DNA from: Planctomycetota bacterium
GTDB lineage: Bacteria; Planctomycetota; UBA8108; SXIK01
Direction of reading: 5' to 3'
DNA: 64,000 nt
Assembly: GCA_965223265.1 (NCBI GenBank)
Contig: OZ244999.1
Location: forward strand, 3,104,001-3,168,000
Each line of letters begins with the position of its first letter. Positions within the stretch are counted from its first letter, which is position 1. Position numbers and translations under genes: made by a program. Under the pieces are notes generated by a model that saw nothing but the letters and a program-made list of their open reading frames with translations, was not told the origin of the DNA and searched no databases. Shown one piece after another: positions 30,129 through 40,542 of the stretch.

Positions 30129-30563
30129 ATGAACGCTTTGAAGAAGCTTGCCGTTGTCCTTTTTGTCACCGCCGTGTTTGTAGGTGCAAGCGCCCTCTTG
30201 CCTCTCGACGAGCGCTCTCCAGCGCGCGCCGCGGGTGACGGGTATGAAATGGTCGCAGAGCTGGGCGTGGTCATGGGGTATGTCGACGAAGTCTTTACGA
30301 CGATCAGCGACAAGATTGAGGCTGACAAGCTGCGTTCGGTTCGGGACGACGCAATGTTTCTTGCCGAGCTTCTGAACGTCTCGCTGTACAGCGAGGAGTG
30401 GCGCGACAAGGAAGGTTGGAAGAAATACTGCGATTCTGGCAAAAAGGATCTTGTCGCGCTGTCGGCCGCCGCGAAGGCGAAGGACAAAGCCAAAGTGGCC
30501 TCTCTCTTGAAAAAGGTGGAAGCGAGCTGCGAAGGTTGCCACGACGAAATTCGAGATGCCTAG
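30129..30563 (+). CDS. Class II (cytochrome c'-like) monoheme cytochrome c
   Basis: Signal peptide, helical body, C-terminal CEGCH; AGGAG RBS. Confidence 0.85.
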   Translation: MNALKKLAVVLFVTAVFVGASALLPLDERSPARAAGDGYEMVAELGVVMGYVDEVFTTISDKIEADKLRSVRDDAMFLAELLNVSLYSEEWRDKEGWKKYCDSGKKDLVALSAAAKAKDKAKVASLLKKVEASCEGCHDEIRDA

Positions 30564-30594
30564 CGGCCCGATCTCCACGGCAGGAGCGAGGTCG

Positions 30595-30627
30595 GATCGA
30601 GTTCCGCGGCTTTCGCGGAGCTCGGTC
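30595..30627 (+). terminator. GC-rich hairpin downstream of the cytochrome c gene
   Basis: GATCGAGTTCCGCG-GCTTT-CGCGGAGCTCGGTC; no clear U-tract. Confidence 0.45.
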
Positions 30628-30769
30628 GGTCAGTAGCAACGTACGCCGGACGCATGTCGTGTTCGCACAGCGCCGACTCGGGTTGGTAAGTGAAGCTTTC
30701 GTCACATCGCGTCTTCGGGGAGAGCGCTGAAGATGTGGTTTGGCGGACGGTAGCACAAGGAACGGGAAG

Positions 30770-31606
30770 ATGGCGATTCCTGAACTCGGTGTTTGTAGCT
30801 GGTCGCTTCAAGCGAAGAGTGTCCCGGAGCTGAAAGAGCTCATGGACAGCGTTGGTGCCGCTGTCGCGCAAGTCGCACTCGGCGATCCGAACCATGCCTC
30901 CTGGGACGAGGGTGACGGGTTCATCTCTAAGCTCCGAGCTTCGCGGATTCCAGTGAGCGCCACGATGATCGGATATCCGGGCGAGGATTATACGTCCCCC
31001 GCGACGATCAAAGCGACCGGTGGCTTTGGTAACGCCGAGACTCGAGAGGCGTGCCTGAAGATTTTTCGCGATGCGGTGGACCGAACGGCCGAGCTCGAGG
31101 TTTCCAATCTGATGAGTCACGCCGGATTCATTCCGGACACCGACGATCCAGCGCGCGGCGAGTTTCTCGACTGTTTGTACGATGCCGCCGAGTACGCCGG
31201 AGAGAAGGGCGTGACTTTCTCCATGGAGACGGGACAGGAGAGCGCAGAGCTCTTGCGACGTACACTCGACGAACTTTCTCTCGACAATCTGAGAGTCAAC
31301 TTTGACCCCGCGAATATGCTGCTCTACAACATGGGCGATCCGCTTCACGCCATCGAAGTCCTAGGCCCCGATATCGAGTCCGTCCATGTCAAGGATGCCG
31401 TACCACCGACAGTTGACGGGGAGTGGGGAGAAGAGGTGCCGCTTGGAAAGGGCCAAGTCGGAATGCGCGAGTTCTTGGCGGCACTTTCAAACGTCGGCTA
31501 CGACGGCCCGCTTGTCGTCGAGCGCGAAGTGGGTACGCAGGAGCAGCGGATTCAAGACATTCGCGCCGGCATTGACCTGCTGCGAAAACTGATCAGCGTT
31601 CGGTGA
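30770..31606 (+). CDS. Sugar phosphate isomerase/epimerase (AP endonuclease 2 TIM barrel)
   Basis: GVCSWSL, HAGFIP, METGQE, NFDPANM, HVKD, GPLVVERE. Confidence 0.9.
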   Translation: MAIPELGVCSWSLQAKSVPELKELMDSVGAAVAQVALGDPNHASWDEGDGFISKLRASRIPVSATMIGYPGEDYTSPATIKATGGFGNAETREACLKIFRDAVDRTAELEVSNLMSHAGFIPDTDDPARGEFLDCLYDAAEYAGEKGVTFSMETGQESAELLRRTLDELSLDNLRVNFDPANMLLYNMGDPLHAIEVLGPDIESVHVKDAVPPTVDGEWGEEVPLGKGQVGMREFLAALSNVGYDGPLVVEREVGTQEQRIQDIRAGIDLLRKLISVR

Positions 31607-31667
31607 ACAGAAGACGCGCCAGTCAGGAAGCGCCGGTAGTTTGGGACCAGCTTCAGGGCGGCAGTTC

Positions 31668-32432
31668 ATGACTGGTGATAGACTCTTCGAGTACATCGAA
31701 AAGCTTCAAGCCGGTAAACCATGGGGGCGGTTCCTGGACGCTGGGACTGGACGCCATTCGCTGGCGTGGGTCGCGACCCTCGAGACGAGCAGCTGGACAG
31801 CCGTCACCGGCGACTCCGAGCGGGCCGCCCGTACCGAACGCGAGTTTCGGGACCGGATTCGGACTGCGGACCGTGTCGTCGCAGGCAACTGGCTTGACGA
31901 AACGTTCCTCCACGGCCAGAAGTACGACGTCGTTCTGGCGGACTACCTGCTCGGCGCGCTCGAAGGATTTGCACCTTACTATCAAGACCGTCTCTTTGGC
32001 CGCTTGCGTCGTCATGTTCTGGATCGACTCTACGTCGTCGGTCTGGAACCCTACGAGACGTTGTCGCCGACGGACGGCGGGCGTGTGATCTGTGATATCG
32101 CGCGGTTACGCGACGCGTGCATCTTGCTAGCCGGTGATCGCTGCTACCGCGAGTATCCGATGGAATGGGTCGTGAGGAATCTTGAGAACGTCGGCTTTAC
32201 CGTCGACGAGGCTGAACGCTTCCCGATTTGCTATGGTGAGCAATTCATCGGGAAACAGCTGGACGTCTGTGAGCGCAAGCTGCCACGTATCGAGAATCGA
32301 GCATTAGCGGCCGGTCTGAAGCGACGGATCGTGGATCTGCGGCGCCAGGCGACAGCGTACTGTCGAGCGCATGGCGGCATCCGATTCGGGATCGACTACG
32401 TGATCGCGGCGAGGCCGGGCGAGAAGGATTGA
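31668..32432 (+). CDS. Class I SAM-dependent methyltransferase-like protein
   Basis: FLDAGTG motif I, YDVVLADYLLGA. Confidence 0.8.
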   Translation: MTGDRLFEYIEKLQAGKPWGRFLDAGTGRHSLAWVATLETSSWTAVTGDSERAARTEREFRDRIRTADRVVAGNWLDETFLHGQKYDVVLADYLLGALEGFAPYYQDRLFGRLRRHVLDRLYVVGLEPYETLSPTDGGRVICDIARLRDACILLAGDRCYREYPMEWVVRNLENVGFTVDEAERFPICYGEQFIGKQLDVCERKLPRIENRALAAGLKRRIVDLRRQATAYCRAHGGIRFGIDYVIAARPGEKD

Positions 32433-32519
32433 CTGCAGAACCGTGTATTGGATAGGCTCCGGCGTGAAGAAGCTACGACGACGTGTGAATTCAAGAGGAA
32501 GTGAACTCAAGGGGACGAA

Positions 32520-33059
32520 ATGACCGTCACTCCGGTGCGAATACAGTGTTCACGTTTCTTTTGCCGCTCCGCTTCCCTGCGCCGGTGTCGTCGTTCCGTC
32601 TTCGGCGCGGCACGACGCAGTGTTTTATTCCGGCGTCTCTTGGTCGTCATCGCTTTTGGAGGCATGCTCGGCTGTTCCACGCTTCGAACGACTGCGCGCC
32701 GTGGCGTCGGCTACGCGGAAAACACCGAGCGCTCGTATTGGACACGCGTGCCAGCGACGCTCGGCGCCGCCCTGGGCGAGGCTGTGGCATTTCCTTTCAC
32801 TGTCGCCCTATTGCCGTCGTATCCCTGGGCGGAGAGCTACGGCTGGGGAATCGCGGAGCCGGTGCCGGCGGCTTCAGAGGAGGCGCCAGGTGACTACGCG
32901 GTGCCGCTCGCCGGATTGCCGAGTGAGTATGCGGCTGGACTCGGCGCCGCGATCTTTGGGGCGCCGTTCGCCGTCCTTGCCGACGAGCCCATCGACGACG
33001 AGGCGTGGAGTCAAGAGTCGCCGCAAGCGCCCGACGTAGAGCTGGTTCGAGGCGAGTGA
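32520..33059 (+). CDS. Hypothetical membrane/lipoprotein
   Basis: Lipobox-like MLGC and Gly/Ala-rich helices; start uncertain. Confidence 0.55.
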   Translation: MTVTPVRIQCSRFFCRSASLRRCRRSVFGAARRSVLFRRLLVVIAFGGMLGCSTLRTTARRGVGYAENTERSYWTRVPATLGAALGEAVAFPFTVALLPSYPWAESYGWGIAEPVPAASEEAPGDYAVPLAGLPSEYAAGLGAAIFGAPFAVLADEPIDDEAWSQESPQAPDVELVRGE

Positions 33060-33202
33060 AAGAGTCGTGGTCGGCAGCCTCGTGTCGCTGAGGAAACCGG
33101 GACAATCAGGCGCGGTGGCGACGAGAACGTTCTTCCGCGTTCTCGATGCTGTCGGTTTTTCTGCGACAATTGAGATTCAAACAGCCCGCGGCGAAGACGC
33201 CG

Positions 33203-34423
33203 TCACTCTGTGGGGGACCGAGTCACCTTAGGGTGGCCGGTGGCTGGATCAATCGCCAGTGCAGTCTCGCCGCGCAGCCAACCGACGAGCGTGTCACCTA
33301 TGAGTCGGCGACGCCATCCCTTGAGAAGTGGGATGTCGCAGGAGTCTAACTGATTCCGAAACGCCGCCTCAGCGAGCCGGTAGAGCTGGCTGCGCGTCGC
33401 AATGTATCCCGGGCTGATCTCGACGTCAGCGGCATGCAGCTTGAGGAGCGATTCCAGCAAGTCGACATGGATCGCGAGCTCCGGATCTTTTGTGTTTTGT
33501 GGTATCGGTGCGGGATGGTCTTTCTTGGGCGCGGAGCGTGCTCTTTCGATGCAGGCGAGCATCTCGGCGCCGCCGCGTTTGATCAGACGAGGATGCAGCC
33601 CACGCATGGTTCGCAGGCCGTCGAGGTGGCGCGGTTTGCGACGCGCGAGCTCGACGAGGACTTCGTCTGACACGATGCGAGCTCGCGGTTTATCGCGGCT
33701 CTCGGCCTCCCGTTCTCTCCAGAGAACGAGTTCCTGCAGGAATATGAGGTCCTTTGAACCAAGGCGCCCTACGCCTTTGACGCGCTGGTAGAGTTTGTCG
33801 AGCGGACGGCGATAGAAGTCTGGGTCGTCGTAGATTTCGAACTCTTCGACGAGCCAGTCGCGGCGCCCGCGAGCGTCCAGCTGCTGAATCAGGTGCTCAT
33901 GTAGTGGCGGGAGATAGTGGACGTCGTCAAGGGCGTATTCCACTTGTCGCTCCGAGAGCGGACGCTTCGACCAGTCTGTGAAGGTTTCGTCTTTTCGCAA
34001 CTTGACGTTGAGAACCGTTTCGACGAGCCGAGCGTAGCCGATACTGTCGCCGTAACCGAGGAACGCCGCCGCGATCTGGGTGTCAAAGATGTTCTTTGGC
34101 GTCGCTCCCAGCAGGTCGTAAAAGATCATCATGTCTTGCTGCCCGGAGTGCAGAACCTTCTCGATTGCGGGATCGAGGAGCAGTGAAAGAAAAGTCGATA
34201 GATCTTGAACTTCGAAAGGATCGACCGCGAATTCTTGCTCCGGGTTGACAATCTGCAGGAGACAGAGGCGGGGGCGAAAAGATCTCTCGCTGATGAACTC
34301 CGTGTCCATGCCGAACCACGAGTAGCGTTTCAGCGACTCGACTTGAGCATCGAATTCCTTCTGGCGCGTCACGAGTCTTGGAGGGCTTACGCGCCGGTCG
34401 TTGCCAGGGTCTTTCTGTCCCAT
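33203..34423 (-). CDS. rnd: Ribonuclease D
   Basis: DTEF, LCLLQI, FDTQIAA, TDWSKRPL, YALDDV; HRDC domain; GWRR tail. Confidence 0.92.
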   Translation of the reverse strand: MGQKDPGNDRRVSPPRLVTRQKEFDAQVESLKRYSWFGMDTEFISERSFRPRLCLLQIVNPEQEFAVDPFEVQDLSTFLSLLLDPAIEKVLHSGQQDMMIFYDLLGATPKNIFDTQIAAAFLGYGDSIGYARLVETVLNVKLRKDETFTDWSKRPLSERQVEYALDDVHYLPPLHEHLIQQLDARGRRDWLVEEFEIYDDPDFYRRPLDKLYQRVKGVGRLGSKDLIFLQELVLWREREAESRDKPRARIVSDEVLVELARRKPRHLDGLRTMRGLHPRLIKRGGAEMLACIERARSAPKKDHPAPIPQNTKDPELAIHVDLLESLLKLHAADVEISPGYIATRSQLYRLAEAAFRNQLDSCDIPLLKGWRRRLIGDTLVGWLRGETALAIDPATGHPKVTRSPTE

Positions 34424-34743
34424 GTGTGTGCTCTCGTGCCTTCGGCTGAGCGATTGCGACAGTGGAGGACGAAGTTTGTCCAGCGAGAGGTACCAGAGTC
34501 TCGTCCGTCAGCTCTTGAGGAGCGAAGCGACGAAGTTGCCCACCGTATCAGAACCAGCGCGGAATGAAAGGGATCAACAAAGTCGTGCCTACTTTCGTCG
34601 GCACGACAAACAGATCCTGATCGTGAAGAGTCTGGAAAGTCTCTCCGTCAAAGGTATTCTGTCTTGCAGAGTCCGAAAACGCTGCACCGACTGTGTCACC
34701 GCCAATTGCGGCGCGGCGTCCGCGCAGATCCACGGAGAGATTC

Positions 34744-37700
34744 ATGAATCGGTTCGTTTCGAGTTGCTGGTTGATCGTGGTCGCTTGTCTTCAGCTTTCG
34801 TGGCTGACGAGCGCTGCGGGGGCGCCCACTGGGCCGCTCTCGCCGCACGAATCCATGGCGCATCTTGACGTCGCTCCAGGTCTCGAGCTGACGCTGTTCG
34901 CGCACGAGCCCATGGTGGTGAACCCGACCAACATCGACATCGATCGACGTGGGCGGGTGTGGGTTACCGAGGGGGCAAATTACCGACGCTACAAGAATCT
35001 TCGACCGCAAGGTGATCGGATCGTCATTCTCGAGGACACGACCGGCGACGGCCGAGCGGACACGAGCAAGGTGTTCTATCAGGACCCGAGCATCGATTCC
35101 GCGCTCGGGATCTGCGTCTTGGGAAAACGCGTGATCGTCTCGCGCTCGCCGAACGTGTTCGTTTTCACCGACGAAGATGGTGACGACGTCCCCGATCGAC
35201 GAGAGCTGCTATTCACCGGAATCTCGGGTGAACAACACGATCACGGTGTCCACGCGGCCGTCTTTGGACCAGACGGTCGACTTTATTTCAATTTTGGCAA
35301 CAACGGCAAGCAGCTGCTCGATCGGAGAGGTCAGCCTGTCATCGATCTCGCGGGCCACCGCGTCGAGGCGGGCGGTCATCCCTACAGACAAGGCATGGTG
35401 TTTCGCTGCGAGCTCGACGGTAGCCGCCTCGAGACTCTCGGCCACAACTTCCGCAACAACTACGAGTTGGCCGTCGATTCATTTGGCACGTTGTGGCAGT
35501 CGGACAACGACGATGATGGCAACCGAGCAACGCGCATCAACTTTGTTATGGAGTTTGGGAACTACGGCTATCGAGACGAGATGAGCGGCGCTGGTTGGCG
35601 GACCAAACGGGACGGTATGCACACAGAAGTTCCGCTGCAGCATTGGCATCTGAACGACCCTGGCGTGGTGCCGAATCTGCTGCAGACAGGAGCAGGGTCG
35701 CCGACGGGGATCTGCATCTACGAGGGTGATCTGCTCCCCGCCGAATTGCATGGACAGATGATTCACTGCGACGCTGGGCCCAACGTCGTGCGAGCGTACC
35801 CGACAACGAATGACGGAGCCGGGTACAGCGCCACCGTCCTCAACCTCATCAAGGGACGAGATCAGTGGTTCCGCCCGGCGGACGTGTGCGTTGCGGCAGA
35901 TGGCTCCGTGTTCGTCGCTGACTGGTATGACGCGGGGGTTGGCGGGCACGACATGGCGGACCACGATCTGAAGACTTTGCGCGGACGGATCTACCGTCTA
36001 GCGCCGCCCGGGCACCGGCGGACCGTACCGGAGTTCGACGTCTCCACCGCCGCTGGAGCGGTGCACGGTTTGAAGTCGCCGAACCATGCCCGGCGTTTTT
36101 TGGCCTGGCAGGCGCTTTCTCGCATGGGAGAGGCCGCGGAGCAGGAGCTGGTGGGGCTGTGGCGGGAGACGAGCTCAAGGCTGCGAGCGCGAGCTCTACC
36201 GCTCCTCGCGCGCGTCGAGAGAGGGGAACGTTACCTGAGCGCCGCGCTCGACGACCCCGATCCAAACCTCCGCGTGGCGGCCCTGAGGACAGTACGGTCG
36301 GTCGGGGAGGATCGAGTTCTCGCCGTCGGGCGCTTGCTGCGCGATCCTTCGCCTCAGGTGCGGCGCGAATGTGCCATCGCGCTGCGGCATCTTGATCGCA
36401 TTGAAGCGCCGAATCTTTGGGCCGACCTGGCTCTGCAGCACGACGGCACGGATCGGTGGTATCTCGAGGCGCTCGGGATCGGGGCCGATCGTCAAGAAGA
36501 CCAATTCTTCGCGGCGTGGCTACAGAAGGTCGGCAAGAAGTGGAACAGCACCGCTGGACGCGATATCGTTTGGCGCTCCCGAGCCTCTGGCGCGGCCCCG
36601 CTTTTGGCGCGACTGGTGCGTGCGACTAGCCCGGAAGACCCATGGCGCTCGCGACTGATTCGCGCCTTGGATTTTCACTCTGGGCCGCAACTCGAGGCGG
36701 CACTGGCGACGCTTCTTGAGAGCGACGAGGTGGACCTGCGTGCCGCAGCGCTCGTTCGGAGCGACCGCGTGAATCCAAAACGGTATTCGAAGCATCGCGA
36801 GCTCGTCGACGCGGTTCTTGGAGCCGTCAGGGGCCAGGAAGTCTACCTCGACATCGTCGAAAAGTTGAAACTGGGAAGCGAGCAGGAGGGCGTGATCGAA
36901 GGCGTTTTGGAGGTTCTGGTCGCGCATGCTGACGCCTCTGCGGGGGCGCGCGCTGCGCGGTGGCTTCTCGATCACGAAGGTGGTTCCGACGCGCTGCGCG
37001 CGGCGGTGTCTCAAGACGACGACGGTGCCGCGAGTCGTGTCGCTCACGCGCTCGGCGGCACACGTGATCGACGCGTCGTCGGGATTCTCGTTCCGTTGGT
37101 GACGGACGAGGACCGCAGTCCCACGGTGACGGGTCAAGCGGCCCGGGCGATGGTACGAACAAAGGACGGTGCCGCAGAGCTCCTCATGCAGGTGCGGAGT
37201 GGCCGCCTGCCGGAGGAGATCAAACCCCTCGCCGGAATGTTGCTGCACAACGTGCGTTGGGACGACCTCCGTCGTGCTGCCGCATCGCACTTACCCCCGC
37301 CGCTCAGCAAGAACAAGGAACCGCTGCCTTCGATTCGAGAGTTGACGCGAGCGACTGCAGTCCCCGCAAATGGGCGAGCTGTCTACGAAAAGAACTGCGC
37401 TGAGTGCCATCAGGTGAACGGTTTCGGCAAGGATTTTGGCCCCAATCTCTCAGAGATCGGCGACAAACTCAGCCGCTCGGCGCTGTTTCGCAGTGTGCTT
37501 GATCCGAACGCTGGGATTTCGTTCAACTACGAAGGTACGATAGTGTCGCTGCGCTCGGGAGACTCCGTTGTCGGCATCGTTCAAAGCGAGACCAGCGACG
37601 ACATCGAAGTGAAACTCCCCGGAGGCATCGTCAACCGCTACGCGAAAACCGATGTCACCGGCCGCGAGCCGCTCAAAACGTCGATCATGCCGGCTGGACT

Positions 37701-37782
37701 GCAGGCCGCGATGACGAAGCAGGAGTTGATCGACCTCGTCGCTTACCTCACAGAGCTCCGCAAGGACACCGTGGGCGATTGA
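34744..37782 (+). CDS. PVC-type heme-binding CxxCH protein (membrane-bound dehydrogenase-like propeller, HEAT repeats, cytochrome c)
   Basis: LFAHEP..NP, NFRNNYE, SDNDDDG, WFRPAD, ADWYD, CAECH..GPNLS, SIMPAGL. Confidence 0.92.
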   Translation: MNRFVSSCWLIVVACLQLSWLTSAAGAPTGPLSPHESMAHLDVAPGLELTLFAHEPMVVNPTNIDIDRRGRVWVTEGANYRRYKNLRPQGDRIVILEDTTGDGRADTSKVFYQDPSIDSALGICVLGKRVIVSRSPNVFVFTDEDGDDVPDRRELLFTGISGEQHDHGVHAAVFGPDGRLYFNFGNNGKQLLDRRGQPVIDLAGHRVEAGGHPYRQGMVFRCELDGSRLETLGHNFRNNYELAVDSFGTLWQSDNDDDGNRATRINFVMEFGNYGYRDEMSGAGWRTKRDGMHTEVPLQHWHLNDPGVVPNLLQTGAGSPTGICIYEGDLLPAELHGQMIHCDAGPNVVRAYPTTNDGAGYSATVLNLIKGRDQWFRPADVCVAADGSVFVADWYDAGVGGHDMADHDLKTLRGRIYRLAPPGHRRTVPEFDVSTAAGAVHGLKSPNHARRFLAWQALSRMGEAAEQELVGLWRETSSRLRARALPLLARVERGERYLSAALDDPDPNLRVAALRTVRSVGEDRVLAVGRLLRDPSPQVRRECAIALRHLDRIEAPNLWADLALQHDGTDRWYLEALGIGADRQEDQFFAAWLQKVGKKWNSTAGRDIVWRSRASGAAPLLARLVRATSPEDPWRSRLIRALDFHSGPQLEAALATLLESDEVDLRAAALVRSDRVNPKRYSKHRELVDAVLGAVRGQEVYLDIVEKLKLGSEQEGVIEGVLEVLVAHADASAGARAARWLLDHEGGSDALRAAVSQDDDGAASRVAHALGGTRDRRVVGILVPLVTDEDRSPTVTGQAARAMVRTKDGAAELLMQVRSGRLPEEIKPLAGMLLHNVRWDDLRRAAASHLPPPLSKNKEPLPSIRELTRATAVPANGRAVYEKNCAECHQVNGFGKDFGPNLSEIGDKLSRSALFRSVLDPNAGISFNYEGTIVSLRSGDSVVGIVQSETSDDIEVKLPGGIVNRYAKTDVTGREPLKTSIMPAGLQAAMTKQELIDLVAYLTELRKDTVGD

Positions 37783-37826
37783 GTCGTGTCCGCGAGTTCT
37801 GCCAAGATCGACACGGGACTCTTTTT
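37781..37826 (+). terminator. Probable rho-independent terminator
   Basis: GAGTCGTGTC...GACACGGGACTC followed by TTTTT, starting at the stop codon. Confidence 0.5.
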
Positions 37827-37904
37827 CGGTGGCCTTCGAACGTGTGACGACCGCGCCCTCTTCTGACGCGCTACGCGACCTCGTAAATGCTCTGACGAGG
37901 CAGT

Positions 37905-40541
37905 TTAGTCTTCCGTCTTCTGCGGCGGCTCGAGAGTCGCGAGCAGGCGCCCATCGGCGACGGCCCAAACGCGGACCACGCCATCGTGATCGCCAGCCGC
38001 GACGAGAAGACCGTCCGGTGTTGCTTCGGTGCAGTGCAGGAAGGCTTTGACGCCTTCGAATCGGCGCTGCTCTTTGCCGTCGCTTGCCTTCAGTGCACGG
38101 ACCATGGGATCACCTGAGCAGGCTACAGTGGTGTCGCCGATGCCGGCGAACACGATGCCTGTGACCTGTTTCTGGAACCCGTCGATCGTTCGCTGCTGCT
38201 CACCTGTCTCGACGTTCCAGAGTTTGACAACGTTGTCCGCTCCCGAAGTGGCAATCGACTTGCCGTTTGCTTGCCACGCGACCCCGAGGACGTGTCCCGT
38301 GTGTCCCTCAAAGGAGCGGATGAGTTTCCCGTCGTCGGCGTTGAAGATGCGCGCGAACTTGTCGGTGCCGCCGGTGGCGATGATGCGATTGTCATACGAA
38401 AAGTCGATGTCGCAGATCGTGTCACTGTGCGCGTCACTCGTCGCCCAGACGAGGCTGCCGTCTTCGAGGTTCCAGAGTTTCAGATGGCCGGAACGGGATG
38501 GCTCACCGCCACCGGTTGCCAGGAATCGTCCGTCGCGGCTGAACCGAAGTGCCGTGACGCGGTCGACGAACTCCTTGCCGCTGTCCGGTGATCCGATCGT
38601 GCGCTCGAGTTTCCACTCGCGGTCGAGCGGCAAGGCCCAAACGCGGTCGCCAACGCGGACGCCAGCGTCGACAAAAGCGACTGAGTGGGAGTTGTCGGCG
38701 TCAATCTCTAGCGACGCAATTCGACCACCGTCGCGCCCAGCGTAAAGGTGCAGTCGATCGCCAGCGATGGCGGCCAAGTAACTTCCGTCGGCTGAGTACT
38801 TGAGCTTGGTGACAGGGTTTCGACTCGGCTGCGCCTCGGAACTCGCCTTCTCGAGACGTTCATCTGCAGCCGCCTTGGCCGCGGTCGTCGCCTCGAGTTC
38901 CTCTCCTGCCTTCTTGAGAGTCGCGCGTGCCTGCTTGAGCGTCAGCTGCGCATCCTCGAGCGCCTTCTGGTTCTTGTCGACGTCCGCCTTGGCTGCGGTG
39001 ACTGCCTTCTTAGCTTCCTCTGCCTTCTTTTTCTCGTCGTCAGAATCGCCCGTAGCGGCGGCAGCGGCCGCTTCCTTCTCCTTCAGGCTCTTTCTGGATG
39101 CGGCAAGGGTTTCGGTTGCTTTCTTCTCGGCCTCGACCGCTTCTTTTTCTTTCTTTTCCGCTTCGGTACGCTGAGCCGTCGCCGCTTTCTCCATGTTGGC
39201 GGCGAGATCGGCGCCTTGCCGTGCCATGAGGGTTCGATGTTCGGCGTCGACTGTTCCCCAACGCGTGGCGGTGAGCTTGCCATCCGCAGCGTTCCAGAAA
39301 GTCACATCGCCGTTCGCTGCTGCCGCGACAAACTGGGAGCCGTCGGGATGCGCTGCGAGAGATGTGATGGCTGCCTCTTGCTTCAGCTCACGGACTAGTT
39401 TTTTCGCGGCCAGATCCCACTGCCGGATTCCACCGTCGGCACTCCCGGTAAGGGCATGGGGCTGCCGCTTCTCCCCGTCGGCAAAATCGAATGTCGCGAC
39501 GGCCGTCACCGGCGCGGCGTGACCCTCAAGAGTTTCGGGAGCTCCCGGTTCGGCGTTCGTGAGACTCCAAACATAGACCTTGCCGTCGTCACCGGCACCA
39601 ACGACGGCGTTTGACCCGGCGGCGGCCGCATTGAGCTTCGTGGGCGACGTAATGCTCACTGAACCGGCGTCACGACGAACGGAGATTTCCTTGCCGTCGG
39701 CCGAGACCTCAACGGCTGGGCCCGCCGGTGCTGCGGCCGCGTCGGAACTGGCCTGGGGCGTCGCGTCGCGTCGCCAGACCTTCACGCAGCGAAAGCCGCC
39801 GGAGGCGATGACGTCGCCCTGCGGCGAGAAAGCGAGCGACTGGACGTGATCGAGATGAGCTACGCCAGGCTGCGAGTAGAGTCCAGACTCGAGCAGCGCC
39901 GGATCGGTCAATCGTGTCAGAAACTTCCCGGTTGGGGCTTCGTAGACGAAGATCTGATTCGCACGGGAAGCCGCCAGATACCGGCCATCGGCAGCGAGGC
40001 TAATCGCGAACACCGGCTGCACTCCCGGAGGCAACGGAAACCATTCGATCTCCGCGCCCTCTCCCGTCACGTCTCCGGTGGCGCCTTCGTCGATCCACAG
40101 TTTGAGAAGAGCCAGCTCCTCTGGCGTCAGATTCTTCGCGCCGACGTCGTTGTCCTCCGGCGGCATGACCGGCTCTTCCTTGTGAGCCGCAACTTGAAAG
40201 AGGAGGCTTTCGGCACCCTTGCCGGCTTCCAGGATTGGATCGTTGAATCCACTGGCAAGAATGGCTTTCGGTGTCTCCAGTACCACGTCGGCTTCGGCGT
40301 CGGTGGCGTTGTGGCAGGCAAGGCAGTTCTTGCGCAGAATCGGCAGGAGCTCTTTCTCGAAGTTCACCGGCTCAGTTCGCTCGAGTTGGGCGACCTTCAG
40401 CTCGTCGGCGTGGAGCCTTTCGCAGGGCACAATTGACGCGATGAGCGTCGCGCAGGCGAAAGCGGCTATGAACAAGAGATGCAAGCGGTAGAAACGGCTT
40501 GCGTCGCGACGGCGACGGGTCGGAGATACGAATGAGCTCAT
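37905..40541 (-). CDS. Planctomycete cytochrome c plus WD40-repeat protein with coiled-coil insert
   Basis: PILRKNCLACH, MPP, WIDEGA, GGEPSRSG, GHTGHVLGVAW. Confidence 0.92.
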   Translation of the reverse strand: MSSFVSPTRRRRDASRFYRLHLLFIAAFACATLIASIVPCERLHADELKVAQLERTEPVNFEKELLPILRKNCLACHNATDAEADVVLETPKAILASGFNDPILEAGKGAESLLFQVAAHKEEPVMPPEDNDVGAKNLTPEELALLKLWIDEGATGDVTGEGAEIEWFPLPPGVQPVFAISLAADGRYLAASRANQIFVYEAPTGKFLTRLTDPALLESGLYSQPGVAHLDHVQSLAFSPQGDVIASGGFRCVKVWRRDATPQASSDAAAAPAGPAVEVSADGKEISVRRDAGSVSITSPTKLNAAAAGSNAVVGAGDDGKVYVWSLTNAEPGAPETLEGHAAPVTAVATFDFADGEKRQPHALTGSADGGIRQWDLAAKKLVRELKQEAAITSLAAHPDGSQFVAAAANGDVTFWNAADGKLTATRWGTVDAEHRTLMARQGADLAANMEKAATAQRTEAEKKEKEAVEAEKKATETLAASRKSLKEKEAAAAAATGDSDDEKKKAEEAKKAVTAAKADVDKNQKALEDAQLTLKQARATLKKAGEELEATTAAKAAADERLEKASSEAQPSRNPVTKLKYSADGSYLAAIAGDRLHLYAGRDGGRIASLEIDADNSHSVAFVDAGVRVGDRVWALPLDREWKLERTIGSPDSGKEFVDRVTALRFSRDGRFLATGGGEPSRSGHLKLWNLEDGSLVWATSDAHSDTICDIDFSYDNRIIATGGTDKFARIFNADDGKLIRSFEGHTGHVLGVAWQANGKSIATSGADNVVKLWNVETGEQQRTIDGFQKQVTGIVFAGIGDTTVACSGDPMVRALKASDGKEQRRFEGVKAFLHCTEATPDGLLVAAGDHDGVVRVWAVADGRLLATLEPPQKTED

Positions 40542-40542
40542 T

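Noticed and set aside
32485-32516. 16-bp direct repeat GTGAA(T/C)TCAAG(A/G)GGA
   Set aside because: Only two copies; it could be an operator or a slippage duplication, and nothing else supports it.
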